In this document: piece by piece, positions 39,795-49,802 of the stretch | Layout: every line of letters starts with the position of its first letter | Position numbering within the stretch: position 1 is the stretch's first letter | From: Occultella glacieicola | GTDB lineage: Bacteria; Actinomycetota; Actinomycetes; Actinomycetales; Beutenbergiaceae | Length of the DNA stretch: 64,000 nucleotides | Direction of reading: 5' to 3' | Assembly: GCF_004353825.1 (NCBI RefSeq) | Contig: NZ_SMNA01000001.1 | Location: forward strand, 310,001-374,000 | Notes under the pieces: model-generated | Database searches by the model: none | What the model saw: the letters and a program-made list of their open reading frames with translations, nothing else | What the model was told of the DNA's origin: nothing | Position numbers and translations under genes: made by a program

Positions 39795-40385
39795 TCAGGA
39801 GTCGGTGGCCGGCCACGCCGCGCGCAGGTCGTCCCACTCCTCGCGGAGCACGCCCATGACGACCGAGTCGTGGACCCCGCCCGACCAGCGCCGTGCCCGG
39901 CGGAACCGCCCCTCCTCCACGAAACCGAGTCGGCGGCCGACGCCGATCATGCCCTCGTTGCCCGAGTAGGTGGCGAAATCGAGGCGGAGGGCGTCGGTGG
40001 TGTCGAAGAGGTAGGAGGTCCACAGCGCCATCGCCTCGGTGGCCAGGCCGCGGCCCCAGTACGCCTCGTCGTGGATGCCGATGCCGAGGCGCCGCCAGTC
40101 GGTCTCGCGGCTCTCCCAGTACCAGCTCACGGCACCCACGAGCGTGTCCTCGGAACGGTCCACCACCGCGAGCATGCCGCGCGGATCGGGGCGAGCCGCC
40201 TCCTCGGTCGCCGCCAGCGTGAGGATCCCGACCCGCATCGCCTCCATCGACTCCGCGGTGGGCGCCGCGAAGTACGGGCCGTTCGTCAGGTGCCAGGGGC
40301 GCGCCGGGTCCAGCAGTGAACGGACCCGCGGGTCGTCGGCCACGGTCCAGTCCCGCAGTTGCACGCGGGTTCCGGTGATCTCCAT
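39795..40385 (-). CDS. GNAT (RimJ/RimL-like) acetyltransferase
   Basis: YWGRGLATEAM, TYSGNEGM..LGFVEEGRFR, GVLREEW. Confidence 0.85.
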   Translation of the reverse strand: MEITGTRVQLRDWTVADDPRVRSLLDPARPWHLTNGPYFAAPTAESMEAMRVGILTLAATEEAARPDPRGMLAVVDRSEDTLVGAVSWYWESRETDWRRLGIGIHDEAYWGRGLATEAMALWTSYLFDTTDALRLDFATYSGNEGMIGVGRRLGFVEEGRFRRARRWSGGVHDSVVMGVLREEWDDLRAAWPATDS

Positions 40386-40470
40386 CGGTGCCCACCGTAG
40401 GACACGGTTCGTCCAGTGCCCGACGGCGGGGCGGGGCGACCCGGTGGGTCGACCGGTGGTTCGCCGCGGC

Positions 40471-40564
40471 GCGCTTCCGCGGAAGCGTGGGGACCGACAT
40501 CGCACGTGGCGCCCTGACCTCGCACGACCACACGGTGCGAGGTCAGGGCCTCACGTGCGATCTC
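40471..40564. repeat. Dispersed palindromic element, copy 2 (27-bp arms)
   Basis: GCGCTTCCGCGGAAGCG then ATCGCACGTG-GC-GCCCTGACCTCGCAC-N9-GTGCGAGGTCAGGGC-CT-CACGTGCGAT. Confidence 0.75.
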
Positions 40565-40583
40565 ACCGCTGAACGCGGGTCGG

Positions 40584-41057
40584 TCAGCCGCGGCGCTGGT
40601 CGGCGACCCGGTCGAGGATCGCCTCACCGACGCGTCCGAAGGTGGCCAGGTCCTGGGCGCTGACGGCGTCGACCACGAGTGTGCGCGCGTGCCGGACGTG
40701 ACCGGGTGCGGCCGCCTCCACGCGGTCGCGGCCCTCGTCGGTCAGGATCGCGTTCGTGGCCCGGCGGTCGTCGGCACAGGTCTCCCGCCGGACCAGGTCC
40801 TGGCGCTCGAGTCGCTGCACCACGTGGGACAGCCGGGACAGCGAGCCGTTCGTGAGTTCCGCGAGGGCGCTCATCCGCAGCACGCCGTCGTCGGACTCGG
40901 CGAGCATCGCCAGGACCATGTACTCATAGAAGCTCAGCCCGGCGTCCCGGGTGAGCTGGGCGTCGAGGGCGCCGGGCAGCTTCGTGATCAGGCCCGTGAG
41001 CGCGAGCCACGTTGCGCGCTCCTCCTGGGTCAGCCAGTGCGGCTCCGACATCTCCAC
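40584..41057 (-). CDS. MarR family regulator
   Basis: LRMSALA..SLSRLSHVVQRLE..DDRRAT..LTDEG. Confidence 0.9.
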   Translation of the reverse strand: MEMSEPHWLTQEERATWLALTGLITKLPGALDAQLTRDAGLSFYEYMVLAMLAESDDGVLRMSALAELTNGSLSRLSHVVQRLERQDLVRRETCADDRRATNAILTDEGRDRVEAAAPGHVRHARTLVVDAVSAQDLATFGRVGEAILDRVADQRRG

Positions 41058-41147
41058 TCCTTTTGTTTATGGTTCAAGTAATCCTAGTTGCGGTGTGTCA
41101 TCTGTCAAGGCTCCGCGCAGCGGCGCCGCCGAGGGGTGGCCCCGCGG

Positions 41148-43133
41148 TCAGCCCTCGTCGGTCTCCCGTCGGAAGATCACGATCAGCACCCGGAGCACGA
41201 GAATGACGCTGATGCACAGCAGGGTGCTCCCGAGCACGTGGTAGACCCCGATCTCCGGAGTGACCAGGGGACCGGGGCCGACGGCGAACAGCACGACGGA
41301 CATGAGGCCCGCGGTCGCTCCCAGGAGCGCCAGCAGCGCCAGGTGCCACAGCCCGGTCACGAACCGCCGGTCCCGTGGGTCGGCCAGCAGCCTGACGCCG
41401 AGGGACAGCCGCCCGTGCTCGGCGGCGTCGGCCAACCGGTCCGCCCGGCGGGGCAGCCGTCGCAGGATCGGCAGTGCGGTGGCGAGCTCGTGGGTGACGC
41501 TGGCCCGCACCGCGTCCGGAGTGAGTTCCCGGGCGATCCGGCTCGCTCCCGCGGCCCGGGTGGCGCCGAGGAGGTCGTACCCGGGATCGATGCTGGTGAC
41601 CGTCCCCTCGAGGGTGGCCACAGCCCGGAACACCGCCGCGACCTCCGGTCGGATGCCCAGCCGCTGCGTCGCCACGAGCCGGAACAGCGCCCCGAACGCG
41701 GCCGCGCCGTCGGTGCTGCCGGCCGTGGTGAACCGCAGGATGATGATGCCGATCTCCTGCTCCAGGCCGCGTTCGTCGACGTGCTCGGGCCGGTCCACGA
41801 GTTCCAGGAGCGCGTCGGTGGCGGCGAGGGAGTCGCCGGAGCCGAGCGCGGCGACGAGCCGGCCGACGTTCGCGCGGGTGACCGATCCGAGCCTGCCCAC
41901 GGAGCCCAGGTCGAGCATGGCGAGGGTGCCGTCGGCCTCGACGAGCAGGTTCCCCGGGTGCAGGTCCACGTGGAAGATGCCACTGGTCAGCAGCTGCTCG
42001 ATCACGACGTGCAGGAGGGTGTCGGCGACCTCCCGACGGCGCTCCGCGCCGAGAGCGGCGAGCCGCTCCTCGGCCGCACCGAGGGGGATGCCGGCCATCC
42101 GCTCCATGACCAGCACGCGCGGTGTGCACAGGTCCGTCCGCGGGATCGGCACCCGGACCCCCGCGGTTCCCTCGGCGCGCAGGGCGGTCGCGACCGAGAG
42201 CATGTTGCCCGACTCGATCGTGAAGTCGAGTTCCTCGGCGAGGGCGTCCGAGAAGCCGTCCACGAGCCCCGGCAGGCCGAAGGTCGCGCCCCATTCGGTT
42301 CGGGCCGCGAGGGTGCGGGCCAGCCGGGCGATGATGTCCAGGTCGCGCTCGACCTCCGTGCTGATGCCGGGCCGCTGTGCCTTGACGACCACCTCGGAGC
42401 CGTCCAACAAGCGGGCGGCATGGACCTGCGCCACCGACGCGGCGGCCAGGGGCTCGGGGTCGATGGACTCGAACACGTCCGCGATGTCGCGGCCGAGCTC
42501 GGACTCCAGCACGCGGCGGACCCGGTCCCAGGGCACCGGCGGCGCGTCGTCCTGCAACGCGGCCAGCTCCGTCGTGAACTCGACCGGCAGCAGGTCGCGC
42601 CGGGTCGAGAGCTGCTGCCCGAGCTTGACGAAGGTGACGCCGCCGTCCTCGAGCGCCCGGCGCAGCGACCGGGCCAGGTCGCGCCGCTCCGGGGCGGTCC
42701 GCACGCCCCGGTGCACCCGTCCCCGCAGGAACCTGGACAGTCCGTGCTTGGCCAGCACCCTCAGGATGTGCAGGTAGCGACGCGTGCGGGACAGCCGGGT
42801 CCGGCCGGACCGCCACAGCTCCAGCGGACCCGGCAGGGACCCGTCCGGGACCAGCGCCTCGATGATCACGAGGATCGCCATCGCCATGATCACCACGAAC
42901 CCGGACAGGAGCGCGACGTACAGACCCAGCGTGAGCGGGTCCTGGCCCACCTCCGGCGCCGGAAGGATCCACTCGAGCACCGCCGGGCCCAGGGTGCCCG
43001 CGATGAAGGCGGCCACGATCGTGCGCAGCAGGCCCATCCGCACGCCCAGCAGCCTGCGCACGAACAGTGCGAAGACGACCACGGAGAAGATCACACTGAC
43101 GACGGTGAGTGAGCTCCCCAGGAAGTCGATCAT
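41148..43133 (-). CDS. AarF/UbiB (ABC1) family kinase with TM segments
   Basis: FVKLGQ.LSTRRD, LAAASVAQVH, VVVKAQRP, FHVDLHPGN, LDLG. Confidence 0.9.
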   Translation of the reverse strand: MIDFLGSSLTVVSVIFSVVVFALFVRRLLGVRMGLLRTIVAAFIAGTLGPAVLEWILPAPEVGQDPLTLGLYVALLSGFVVIMAMAILVIIEALVPDGSLPGPLELWRSGRTRLSRTRRYLHILRVLAKHGLSRFLRGRVHRGVRTAPERRDLARSLRRALEDGGVTFVKLGQQLSTRRDLLPVEFTTELAALQDDAPPVPWDRVRRVLESELGRDIADVFESIDPEPLAAASVAQVHAARLLDGSEVVVKAQRPGISTEVERDLDIIARLARTLAARTEWGATFGLPGLVDGFSDALAEELDFTIESGNMLSVATALRAEGTAGVRVPIPRTDLCTPRVLVMERMAGIPLGAAEERLAALGAERRREVADTLLHVVIEQLLTSGIFHVDLHPGNLLVEADGTLAMLDLGSVGRLGSVTRANVGRLVAALGSGDSLAATDALLELVDRPEHVDERGLEQEIGIIILRFTTAGSTDGAAAFGALFRLVATQRLGIRPEVAAVFRAVATLEGTVTSIDPGYDLLGATRAAGASRIARELTPDAVRASVTHELATALPILRRLPRRADRLADAAEHGRLSLGVRLLADPRDRRFVTGLWHLALLALLGATAGLMSVVLFAVGPGPLVTPEIGVYHVLGSTLLCISVILVLRVLIVIFRRETDEG

Positions 43134-43201
43134 GGGCCCGAGTCTCCCGGCAACAGGCGGGCGGCGGCAAACCTCTCAGGGGTGAGTGCAGCGCCGCTCA
43201 C

Positions 43202-43639
43202 TCATCCGGAGGAGGGAGGAACCTGACCGAGGTCGTCCCACTCGGCGACCAGGCGGGGCGGGCTGACCAGCCGGTAGGAGGCGTCCACCAGCTCGAACAC
43301 CTCGTCCCAGTCGACCTGCGCCACCGTGGTGCCGCCCCGAGCGAGGTCCAGCCCGATCCAGCCGTACGCCCCCTCGTACGCGGGCAGGTAGTACCGCTCG
43401 TCCTGCTCCAGGGCCGGGCGCTCGGCCTCGTCCGGCAGCACCAGGATCGAGTGGTCGTACCGGACCCGGGTGGCGGCCGGGCCCTTCGTGCCACCTCCGT
43501 AGGTGACGAAGATCTTCGCGGTGCGGAACGTCGGCCGGCCGTGGCTGACCCGCTCGGAGACCCCGGGGAACCGGCCACAGATCGCCCGGACCCGGGCCAG
43601 GTAGGGGTCATCGTCGTCGAACATCTGCGGGTGCGCCAT
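43202..43639 (-). CDS. MmcQ/YjbR family protein
   Basis: SHGRPTF..KIF, PAY.G..GWIGLDL, DWDEVFELVDASYR. Confidence 0.85.
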   Translation of the reverse strand: MAHPQMFDDDDPYLARVRAICGRFPGVSERVSHGRPTFRTAKIFVTYGGGTKGPAATRVRYDHSILVLPDEAERPALEQDERYYLPAYEGAYGWIGLDLARGGTTVAQVDWDEVFELVDASYRLVSPPRLVAEWDDLGQVPPSSG

Positions 43640-43712
43640 GGTGCCTCTCAGAGCGGGGTCGGCAACAGCGTGGGGCCCTCGTGCAGTCCCGCCGCCACGT
43701 TACCGTTGCAGC

Positions 43713-45077
43713 ATGCGAGGGACGCTGAGCGAACGGGCCCATGCGGCCGTCGAGGAGGTGCAGGAGAACCCGATCCGGTTCGCGGACCGCGTGTTCTTCA
43801 CCTTCGCGACCATCGCCGCCGGGTGGCTCGCGTTCCTCCTGATCCACCAGTTCGTCACGGCCGGCTGGCGCCACCTCTGGGCGTTCCTGCCGTTCTGGCT
43901 GATCGTCACCTACCTGCTGCTGCCACGGATCCACTCGCTGCTCACGAAGGTCTACGTGCCGGACTACTTCATCGGCCGGTCCCGGACCCGTGAGGGCTTG
44001 CTCGGGGACCCGGTGAACGTCGGATTCCGGGGCAAGGAGGACCGCATCCACGAGGCCATGCTCCGCGCCGGGTGGCACCGGGCCGACGAGATCAACCTGA
44101 CCAGCAGCCGCCGGATGGTGGTCTCCACGCTGATGCGCCGGTCCTACCCGGACGCGCCGGTGAGCCCGCTCTACCTGTTCGGGCGTCGGCAGCGGTTCAC
44201 CTACCAGCAGGAGGTCGAGGGGAACCCCGCCAAGCGCCACCACGTGCGGTTCTGGCCCTGCCCGAAGGGCTGGCGGCTGCCCGGCGGACACCGCGCGAAC
44301 TGGCTGGCTGCCGGGACCTATGACACCGCCGTCGGCCTCAATCTGTTCACGCTGCAGGTGACCCACCGGATCGACGCGGACATCGATGCCGAGCGCGACC
44401 ATATCGTCGCGACCCTGACCGCGCCCGAGGCCGAGAACGCCGGCATCCGGGTGAAGCACCTCGAGAACTTCTCCACGGGGTACCACGCGCGCAACGGCGG
44501 CGGCGACGCGATCCGCACCGACGGGGACCTGCCGATCGTCGACCTGCGGGCGCTGCCGCCGGCGTCGGCGGAGATCGCGGCGACCGTCGCCTCCGATCGC
44601 CGCGACGCCGAGCAGGGCCGGGCGGTGCCGCTGACCGTCGCCCTCGGTCTGCTGATGATGCTGCTGCGCGTCGTGGCCGGGGTGTTCTCCCTGAGCTGGG
44701 TGCTGCACCTGGCCCGCGAGTCGATCGGCGACCTCCGGATCCTCGCCCCGATCATGGATCTCGGCTTCAGCGTCGAGCAGGGATTCGTGCTCGTCCGCCT
44801 GGTCATCGTCAGCTACCTGCTCGCCTACCTCCTGCTCTCCTATCTGGTCTACCGCGGCTCCAACTGGGCCCGGATGGTCACCATGGCGATCAGCGCGGTG
44901 AGCATCATCCTGTACGCCGTGCTGTGGCTGACCGGCGCCCCGGAGAGCGCGCTCTCGAGCAATCTGATCGGGTCCTCGCTGGAGATCCTGGTGCTCCTCG
45001 CCTTCTCGGGGGAGACGGCGCGGCGCTTCACGAGTGGGAAGAACCCCGCCCGGAACCATCCGATCGACGGCGTCTGA
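43713..45077 (+). CDS. LssY C-terminal domain membrane protein
   Basis: GLLGDPVN, YPDAPVSPL, RHHVRFW, WLAAGTYD, THRID.DIDAERD. Confidence 0.82.
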   Translation: MRGTLSERAHAAVEEVQENPIRFADRVFFTFATIAAGWLAFLLIHQFVTAGWRHLWAFLPFWLIVTYLLLPRIHSLLTKVYVPDYFIGRSRTREGLLGDPVNVGFRGKEDRIHEAMLRAGWHRADEINLTSSRRMVVSTLMRRSYPDAPVSPLYLFGRRQRFTYQQEVEGNPAKRHHVRFWPCPKGWRLPGGHRANWLAAGTYDTAVGLNLFTLQVTHRIDADIDAERDHIVATLTAPEAENAGIRVKHLENFSTGYHARNGGGDAIRTDGDLPIVDLRALPPASAEIAATVASDRRDAEQGRAVPLTVALGLLMMLLRVVAGVFSLSWVLHLARESIGDLRILAPIMDLGFSVEQGFVLVRLVIVSYLLAYLLLSYLVYRGSNWARMVTMAISAVSIILYAVLWLTGAPESALSSNLIGSSLEILVLLAFSGETARRFTSGKNPARNHPIDGV

Positions 45078-45105
45078 GTGTGAGACCGGTCACTCCGTGA
45101 ACCTA

Positions 45106-45144
45106 TTAGGCAAGCCTTGCCTTGTTTAGGTTAGCCTCTCCTGA
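45106..45144. promoter_or_regulatory. Two tandem DtxR/IdeR iron boxes
   Basis: TTAGGCAAGCCTTGCCTTG (45106-45124) and TTAGGTTAGCCTCTCCTGA (45126-45144) versus consensus TTAGGTTAGCCTAACCTAA. Confidence 0.85.
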
Positions 45145-45158
45145 GAACAGGGAGGTGG

Positions 45159-46304
45159 GTGCGCGTGGGTGCACGTCGATCGATGGTCTCCTCGGACGGC
45201 CGGCCGGGCCGCACCGGACGCAACCGCGGCGCCCGCCCGTTGGTCGTGCTGGCAGCGGTCCTCGCGCTCGTGGCCGCGTGTGCCGGGGGCGCCGGCGGCG
45301 CCGGTGTCGCGGCCGACGGCGGAGCGCGGCTGGCCGAGGTGGAGCCGCTCGCCGATCCCGGTGCGTACGTCGGGCCGAGTTCGGCAGTGCTCGCCGACTC
45401 CGCGATCGTGCCGATCGCGGACGAGCCGCAGCCGGTGCTGCCGGTCACGGTCACCGACGCCCAGGGGACCGCGGTCACGGTCACCGACGTCAGCCGGATC
45501 CTCGCGCTGGACATCTATGGGTCCACCTCGCGCACCGTGTTCGAACTCGGGCTCGGCGACAATCTCGTGGGCCGGGACACCTCGTCCTCCTACCCCGAGA
45601 TCGCCGACCTGCCGCTGGTGACCGCGAACGGCCACGAACTCAACGCCGAGGCGATCCTCGACCTCGCGCCGACGCTGATCATCACCGACACCAGCCTGGG
45701 GCCCTGGGACGTCGTCCTGCAGATGCGGGACGCCGGTATCCCCGTGGTGGTGGTCGACTCCCACCGCAGTCTCGAGGGCGTCGGACTGCTCATCCGGCAG
45801 GTGGCCGACGCCGTCGGGCTGCCTGCCGAGGGCGCCGAACTGGCCGAACGCACCGACGCCGACACCGAGGCCACGGTGGCGCGGATCGCCGCCGTGGCGC
45901 CACCCGAGGGTGAACGGCTGCGGATCGCGTTCCTGTACGTGCGGGGCCAGTCCGGGATCTACTACCTGTTCGGCACCGGTTCCGGGACCGACTCGCTGAT
46001 CGCCGCGCTGGGCGGTGTCGATGTCGCCACCGAGATCGGGTGGGACGGGATGCGACCGCTCACCGACGAGGGCCTGATCGCCGCGCAGCCGGACCTCGTC
46101 CTGGTCATGAGCAAAGGCCTGGAGTCGGTCGACGGTGTGGACGGGCTGCTGGAGGCCGTACCGGCGCTCGCCTACACCCCGGCCGGTGAGAACCGCCGCG
46201 TGGTGGACATGGACGACAGTCAGATCCTCTCCTTCGGGCCGAACACCGCCGACGTGCTCGATGCGCTCGCGGTCGCGATCTACGCACCCGAGGCCAACCC
46301 ATGA
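45159..46304 (+). CDS. hmuT: Heme ABC transporter substrate-binding lipoprotein
   Basis: Lipobox VAAC; VTANGHELNAE (His) and FLYVRG (Tyr-x-Arg) as in corynebacterial HmuT; start uncertain. Confidence 0.85.
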   Translation: MRVGARRSMVSSDGRPGRTGRNRGARPLVVLAAVLALVAACAGGAGGAGVAADGGARLAEVEPLADPGAYVGPSSAVLADSAIVPIADEPQPVLPVTVTDAQGTAVTVTDVSRILALDIYGSTSRTVFELGLGDNLVGRDTSSSYPEIADLPLVTANGHELNAEAILDLAPTLIITDTSLGPWDVVLQMRDAGIPVVVVDSHRSLEGVGLLIRQVADAVGLPAEGAELAERTDADTEATVARIAAVAPPEGERLRIAFLYVRGQSGIYYLFGTGSGTDSLIAALGGVDVATEIGWDGMRPLTDEGLIAAQPDLVLVMSKGLESVDGVDGLLEAVPALAYTPAGENRRVVDMDDSQILSFGPNTADVLDALAVAIYAPEANP

Positions 46305-47542
46305 CCGCGTACGCACCCGTGCGGCTGGCCCGCGCGGCGCCGGGGGACGGCGACACGCTCGAGGTGATGGCCCCGGACCCCAACGGTTCGCCCGTGGGGA
46401 CCGACCCGGAACCTGGCGCCGGCGCGCGCCCGGCGGCCGAGTGGGCGGGCGCTGGTGCCGCGTCGTCGAACGCTCCGGCAGGTCGCGCCGCACCGCTCGC
46501 GCCGTCGCGGGCCGGACGCGTGGCGGTGCTGTTCGCCGCGCTCACCGTCGCGCTCGTGGCGCTGCTGATCCTGTCCGTGGGGCTCGGGCAGATGGGGATC
46601 ACCCCGGCCGAGGTGCTCGGCTCGATCCTGCGCCGACTCGGTCTGGTTGTGCTGCCCGGGCCCACCCACCCGAACGCGGAGTCCGCGCTCTGGGCGGTCC
46701 GGATGCCCCGGCTGCTCCTCGCCGCCCTGGTCGGGGCAGCGCTGGCCACCGGGGGCGTGCTCATGCAGGGCGTCTTCGGGAACCCGCTCGCCGAGCCCGG
46801 CGTGATCGGAGTGTCCTCCGGTGCGGCCGTGGGCGCCTGCACCGTGATCGTGCTCGGCCTGAACACCCTCGGCACCTGGACCGCTGTGGCCGCAGCCTTC
46901 ATCGGTGGGCTGATCACGACCGCGGTCGCCTACTCGACGGCGCGACAGGAGGGGCGCACCGAGGTGGTCACCCTGGTCCTCACCGGCGTGGCCGTCAACG
47001 CCGTGGCGGGGGCCATCATCGCGTTCCTGACCTTCCTCGGGGACACCTCGGCGCGCGAGGAGATCGTGTTCTGGCAGCTGGGCAGCCTGAACGGCACCCG
47101 GTGGGAGCACGTGCTGGTCGCGGCGCCGGTGATCGTGCTCGGGGTGGCCGCCGCCGGGCTGTTCGCGCGCCGGCTGGACCTGCTCGCCCTCGGGGAGCGG
47201 CCGGCCCGGCACCTCGGCGTCGACGTCGAGCGGCTCCGGATCGTCGTCATCGTCGGCGTCGCCGTCCTGACCAGTGCGGCCGTGGCGTTCTGCGGCGTGA
47301 TCGCCTTCGTCGGGCTCGTGGTGCCGCACCTGATCCGGATGCTCGTGGGCCCCGGACATGCCGCGCTGCTGCCCGCCAGCGCGCTCGGTGGCGCCGTGCT
47401 ACTGCTCGCAGCTGACCTCGCCGCCCGCACGGTGGTGCCCTACGCGGACCTACCGATCGGCATGCTCACCGCGCTCGTCGGCGGACCGTTCTTCTTCTAC
47501 CTGATCCGCCGGACCCGACGCGGCGCGGGGGGTTGGTCGTGA
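46301..47542 (+). CDS. hmuU: Heme ABC transporter permease (FecCD family)
   Basis: RMPRLL, QGVFGNPLAEPGVIGVSSG, A.HLGVDV, FVGLVVPH. Confidence 0.88.
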   Translation: MTAYAPVRLARAAPGDGDTLEVMAPDPNGSPVGTDPEPGAGARPAAEWAGAGAASSNAPAGRAAPLAPSRAGRVAVLFAALTVALVALLILSVGLGQMGITPAEVLGSILRRLGLVVLPGPTHPNAESALWAVRMPRLLLAALVGAALATGGVLMQGVFGNPLAEPGVIGVSSGAAVGACTVIVLGLNTLGTWTAVAAAFIGGLITTAVAYSTARQEGRTEVVTLVLTGVAVNAVAGAIIAFLTFLGDTSAREEIVFWQLGSLNGTRWEHVLVAAPVIVLGVAAAGLFARRLDLLALGERPARHLGVDVERLRIVVIVGVAVLTSAAVAFCGVIAFVGLVVPHLIRMLVGPGHAALLPASALGGAVLLLAADLAARTVVPYADLPIGMLTALVGGPFFFYLIRRTRRGAGGWS

Positions 47543-48516
47543 GCGCGCCGGTGGTGCGGGACCCGGGCACGTCCGCCGGCCCGGCGGGGGCCGGGCGGCC
47601 CGATGTCGCTCTGCCGGACGCGGCCCCGGCGGCGCTGACCCGGCCCGATCCCGGGCTGCCCGACGCCGGTGCGAGGGCGCCGGCCGGCCCGTATCCGTGG
47701 GACGCACCGGAGCCCGGTGCCGCACTGATCGGCTGCGAAGGGCTCGGCCTGCGCCTTGGGGGGCGGCCGGTCCTGGTCGACGTGGACCTGCGGGTGCACG
47801 CCGGTGAGGTCGTGGCCCTGGTGGGGCCCAACGGCGCGGGCAAGTCCACCCTGCTCGCCGCACTCGCGGGCGACCTCGACCCCGAACAGGGCCGGGTGCT
47901 GCTCGGCGAGCACGACCTGCGCACGGTGCCGGTGGCCGAGCGTGCCCGGGCCCGGGCCGTGCAGGTCCAGGAGGCTCGGCTCTCGTTCGCGTTCCGCGCC
48001 GAGGAGGTGGTCCGGATGGGTCGGGCGCCGTGGCGGGGGACCCGGTTCGCCGACGATGACGACGCGGTGGTCGCGGATGCCCTGCGGACGAGCGAGGTCG
48101 AGCACCTGGCCGGGCGCCTGTTCCCGACCCTCTCCGGCGGTGAGAAGGCGCGCACGGCGTTCGCTCGCGCCGTCGGGCAGGAGACGGCCGTACTCATGCT
48201 CGACGAACCGACGGCCGCCCTGGACATCCGGCACCAGGAGCGCCTGCTCGCCGAGGTTCGCGAGCGGGCCGTCGCCGGGGTCGGGGTGGTGGTCGTGCTG
48301 CACGATCTCACGCTCGCCGCCGCGTACGCGGACCGGATCGTCCTGCTCGCCGACGGGCGGGTCCGCGCGGACGGGCCCCCGCGTGTGGTGCTCACCGCGG
48401 ACCTGCTGACCGAGGTCTATCGGTACCCGATCGCCGTCGTCGAGCACGGGGACTCCGGCGCGCTCGTGGTCCTGCCCCTGCGCGATCGGCGCAGCCCGCA
48501 GAAGGAGGAGTCATGA
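47539..48516 (+). CDS. hmuV: Heme ABC transporter ATPase
   Basis: GPNGAGKST, LSGGEKAR, LDEPTAALD, VLHDL; GTGA overlap. Confidence 0.88.
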   Translation: MSAPVVRDPGTSAGPAGAGRPDVALPDAAPAALTRPDPGLPDAGARAPAGPYPWDAPEPGAALIGCEGLGLRLGGRPVLVDVDLRVHAGEVVALVGPNGAGKSTLLAALAGDLDPEQGRVLLGEHDLRTVPVAERARARAVQVQEARLSFAFRAEEVVRMGRAPWRGTRFADDDDAVVADALRTSEVEHLAGRLFPTLSGGEKARTAFARAVGQETAVLMLDEPTAALDIRHQERLLAEVRERAVAGVGVVVVLHDLTLAAAYADRIVLLADGRVRADGPPRVVLTADLLTEVYRYPIAVVEHGDSGALVVLPLRDRRSPQKEES

Positions 48517-49802
48517 ACGCGACGAACGACCGGTGGCGCACCGTGCTCGCCGCCACCGCAGCGGCGGTCGCCCTGTGCGCGGCATCCGTGCTGACCGCCG
48601 CCCCGGCGGCCGCGGCCGGGAACGTCACCATCGACAGCGACCTCGGCGCCGCCCAGGTGTCGCTGACCGGGCCCACGACGGTCTCGGTGACCGGGTCCGG
48701 CTTCCAGTCCGTCCAGAACGGCTTCGGCGGCGTCTATGTGCTGTTCGGGTGGGTCTCGGACCCTGGTGGCGGGTCCTGGCGCCCCAGCGAGGGTGGACAC
48801 ACGGGTGACACCTACCTGTACGTGCCTGACACCGAGGCCATGGACAACGACGGCTACCAGCGGTTCGTCTCGTTCCCCGGCTCCAGCACGGATTCCGCCG
48901 CGAACGGGGGCCTGCTCGCCGCGGACGGCACCTTCTCGCTCTCGATGGTCATCCCGGGGCCAACCTTCACCGCCCAGGACCGCGACGGCAACGCCGCGAA
49001 CGTGGACTGCCGGGAGGTCGGTTGTGGCATCATCACCGTCGGCGCGCACGGCGTGGTCAATGCGAACAATGAGTCCTTCACGCCCGTGACGTTCATCGAC
49101 ACCTCGGGTTCACCGGGCACGAGCGGCACGGGCGGTACGGACGCGGCGACCGAACCGACGGCGGCCGGCGTCACCGACACCGAGACTCCGGTGGCGGGGG
49201 CCGACGAGACCACGGTCACCACCGGCCCGGCCACGATCGGAGTGGACCAGACGGCTGTGGTGCAGGGCCGGGTGGTCGGCTTCACCGGGCAGGGCTTCAC
49301 ACCGGGTGAGCAGGTCCTGGTGACCCTCGCCGGAGGTCTCGCCGCGGCCGGTCCCTATACCGCCGGCCAGTTCGGCGAGGTCGCCGGGACGCTGGCCCTG
49401 CCTACGGACATCCGGCTCGGCAGCCACGTGCTGCGGATGTCCGGCGCCGGGTCCGGGCAGGCGCCCGAGATCACGCTGACCGTCATGCCAGATCCGAACG
49501 CCGCGCCACCGCTCGCGCAGGGGCCGCCGGGACTGTCCTGGGCGTTCCTCGCGGTCGTGATCGTCGGGGCGGTACTCCTGGCGCTCATCCTGTCCTCCCT
49601 GATCGCGGCCCTGGTGCGGCGCCGACGCCGCAAGCGCGGTGCCGCCGCGGCGGCGCCGGTCGCCGGTTCGGGGAGCGAGGTGCCGATGGGCCCGGCGCCC
49701 GGGGCCGGTGGCACGAGCACCGCCGCGGTCAGCCGGACCGACGAGACTTCCGTCCTGGCGCCGGCGGGCCGGACCAACAGCCGCCGTGAGGTGGGCGTAT
49801 GA
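48513..49802 (+). CDS. Secreted, C-terminally anchored protein with two Ig-like domains
   Basis: Signal peptide; VSVTGSGF..GGVYVLFG..DCREVGCGIITVGAHG; GQGFTPGEQV..LGSHVL; TM followed by RRRRRKR. Confidence 0.75.
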   Translation: MNATNDRWRTVLAATAAAVALCAASVLTAAPAAAAGNVTIDSDLGAAQVSLTGPTTVSVTGSGFQSVQNGFGGVYVLFGWVSDPGGGSWRPSEGGHTGDTYLYVPDTEAMDNDGYQRFVSFPGSSTDSAANGGLLAADGTFSLSMVIPGPTFTAQDRDGNAANVDCREVGCGIITVGAHGVVNANNESFTPVTFIDTSGSPGTSGTGGTDAATEPTAAGVTDTETPVAGADETTVTTGPATIGVDQTAVVQGRVVGFTGQGFTPGEQVLVTLAGGLAAAGPYTAGQFGEVAGTLALPTDIRLGSHVLRMSGAGSGQAPEITLTVMPDPNAAPPLAQGPPGLSWAFLAVVIVGAVLLALILSSLIAALVRRRRRKRGAAAAAPVAGSGSEVPMGPAPGAGGTSTAAVSRTDETSVLAPAGRTNSRREVGV

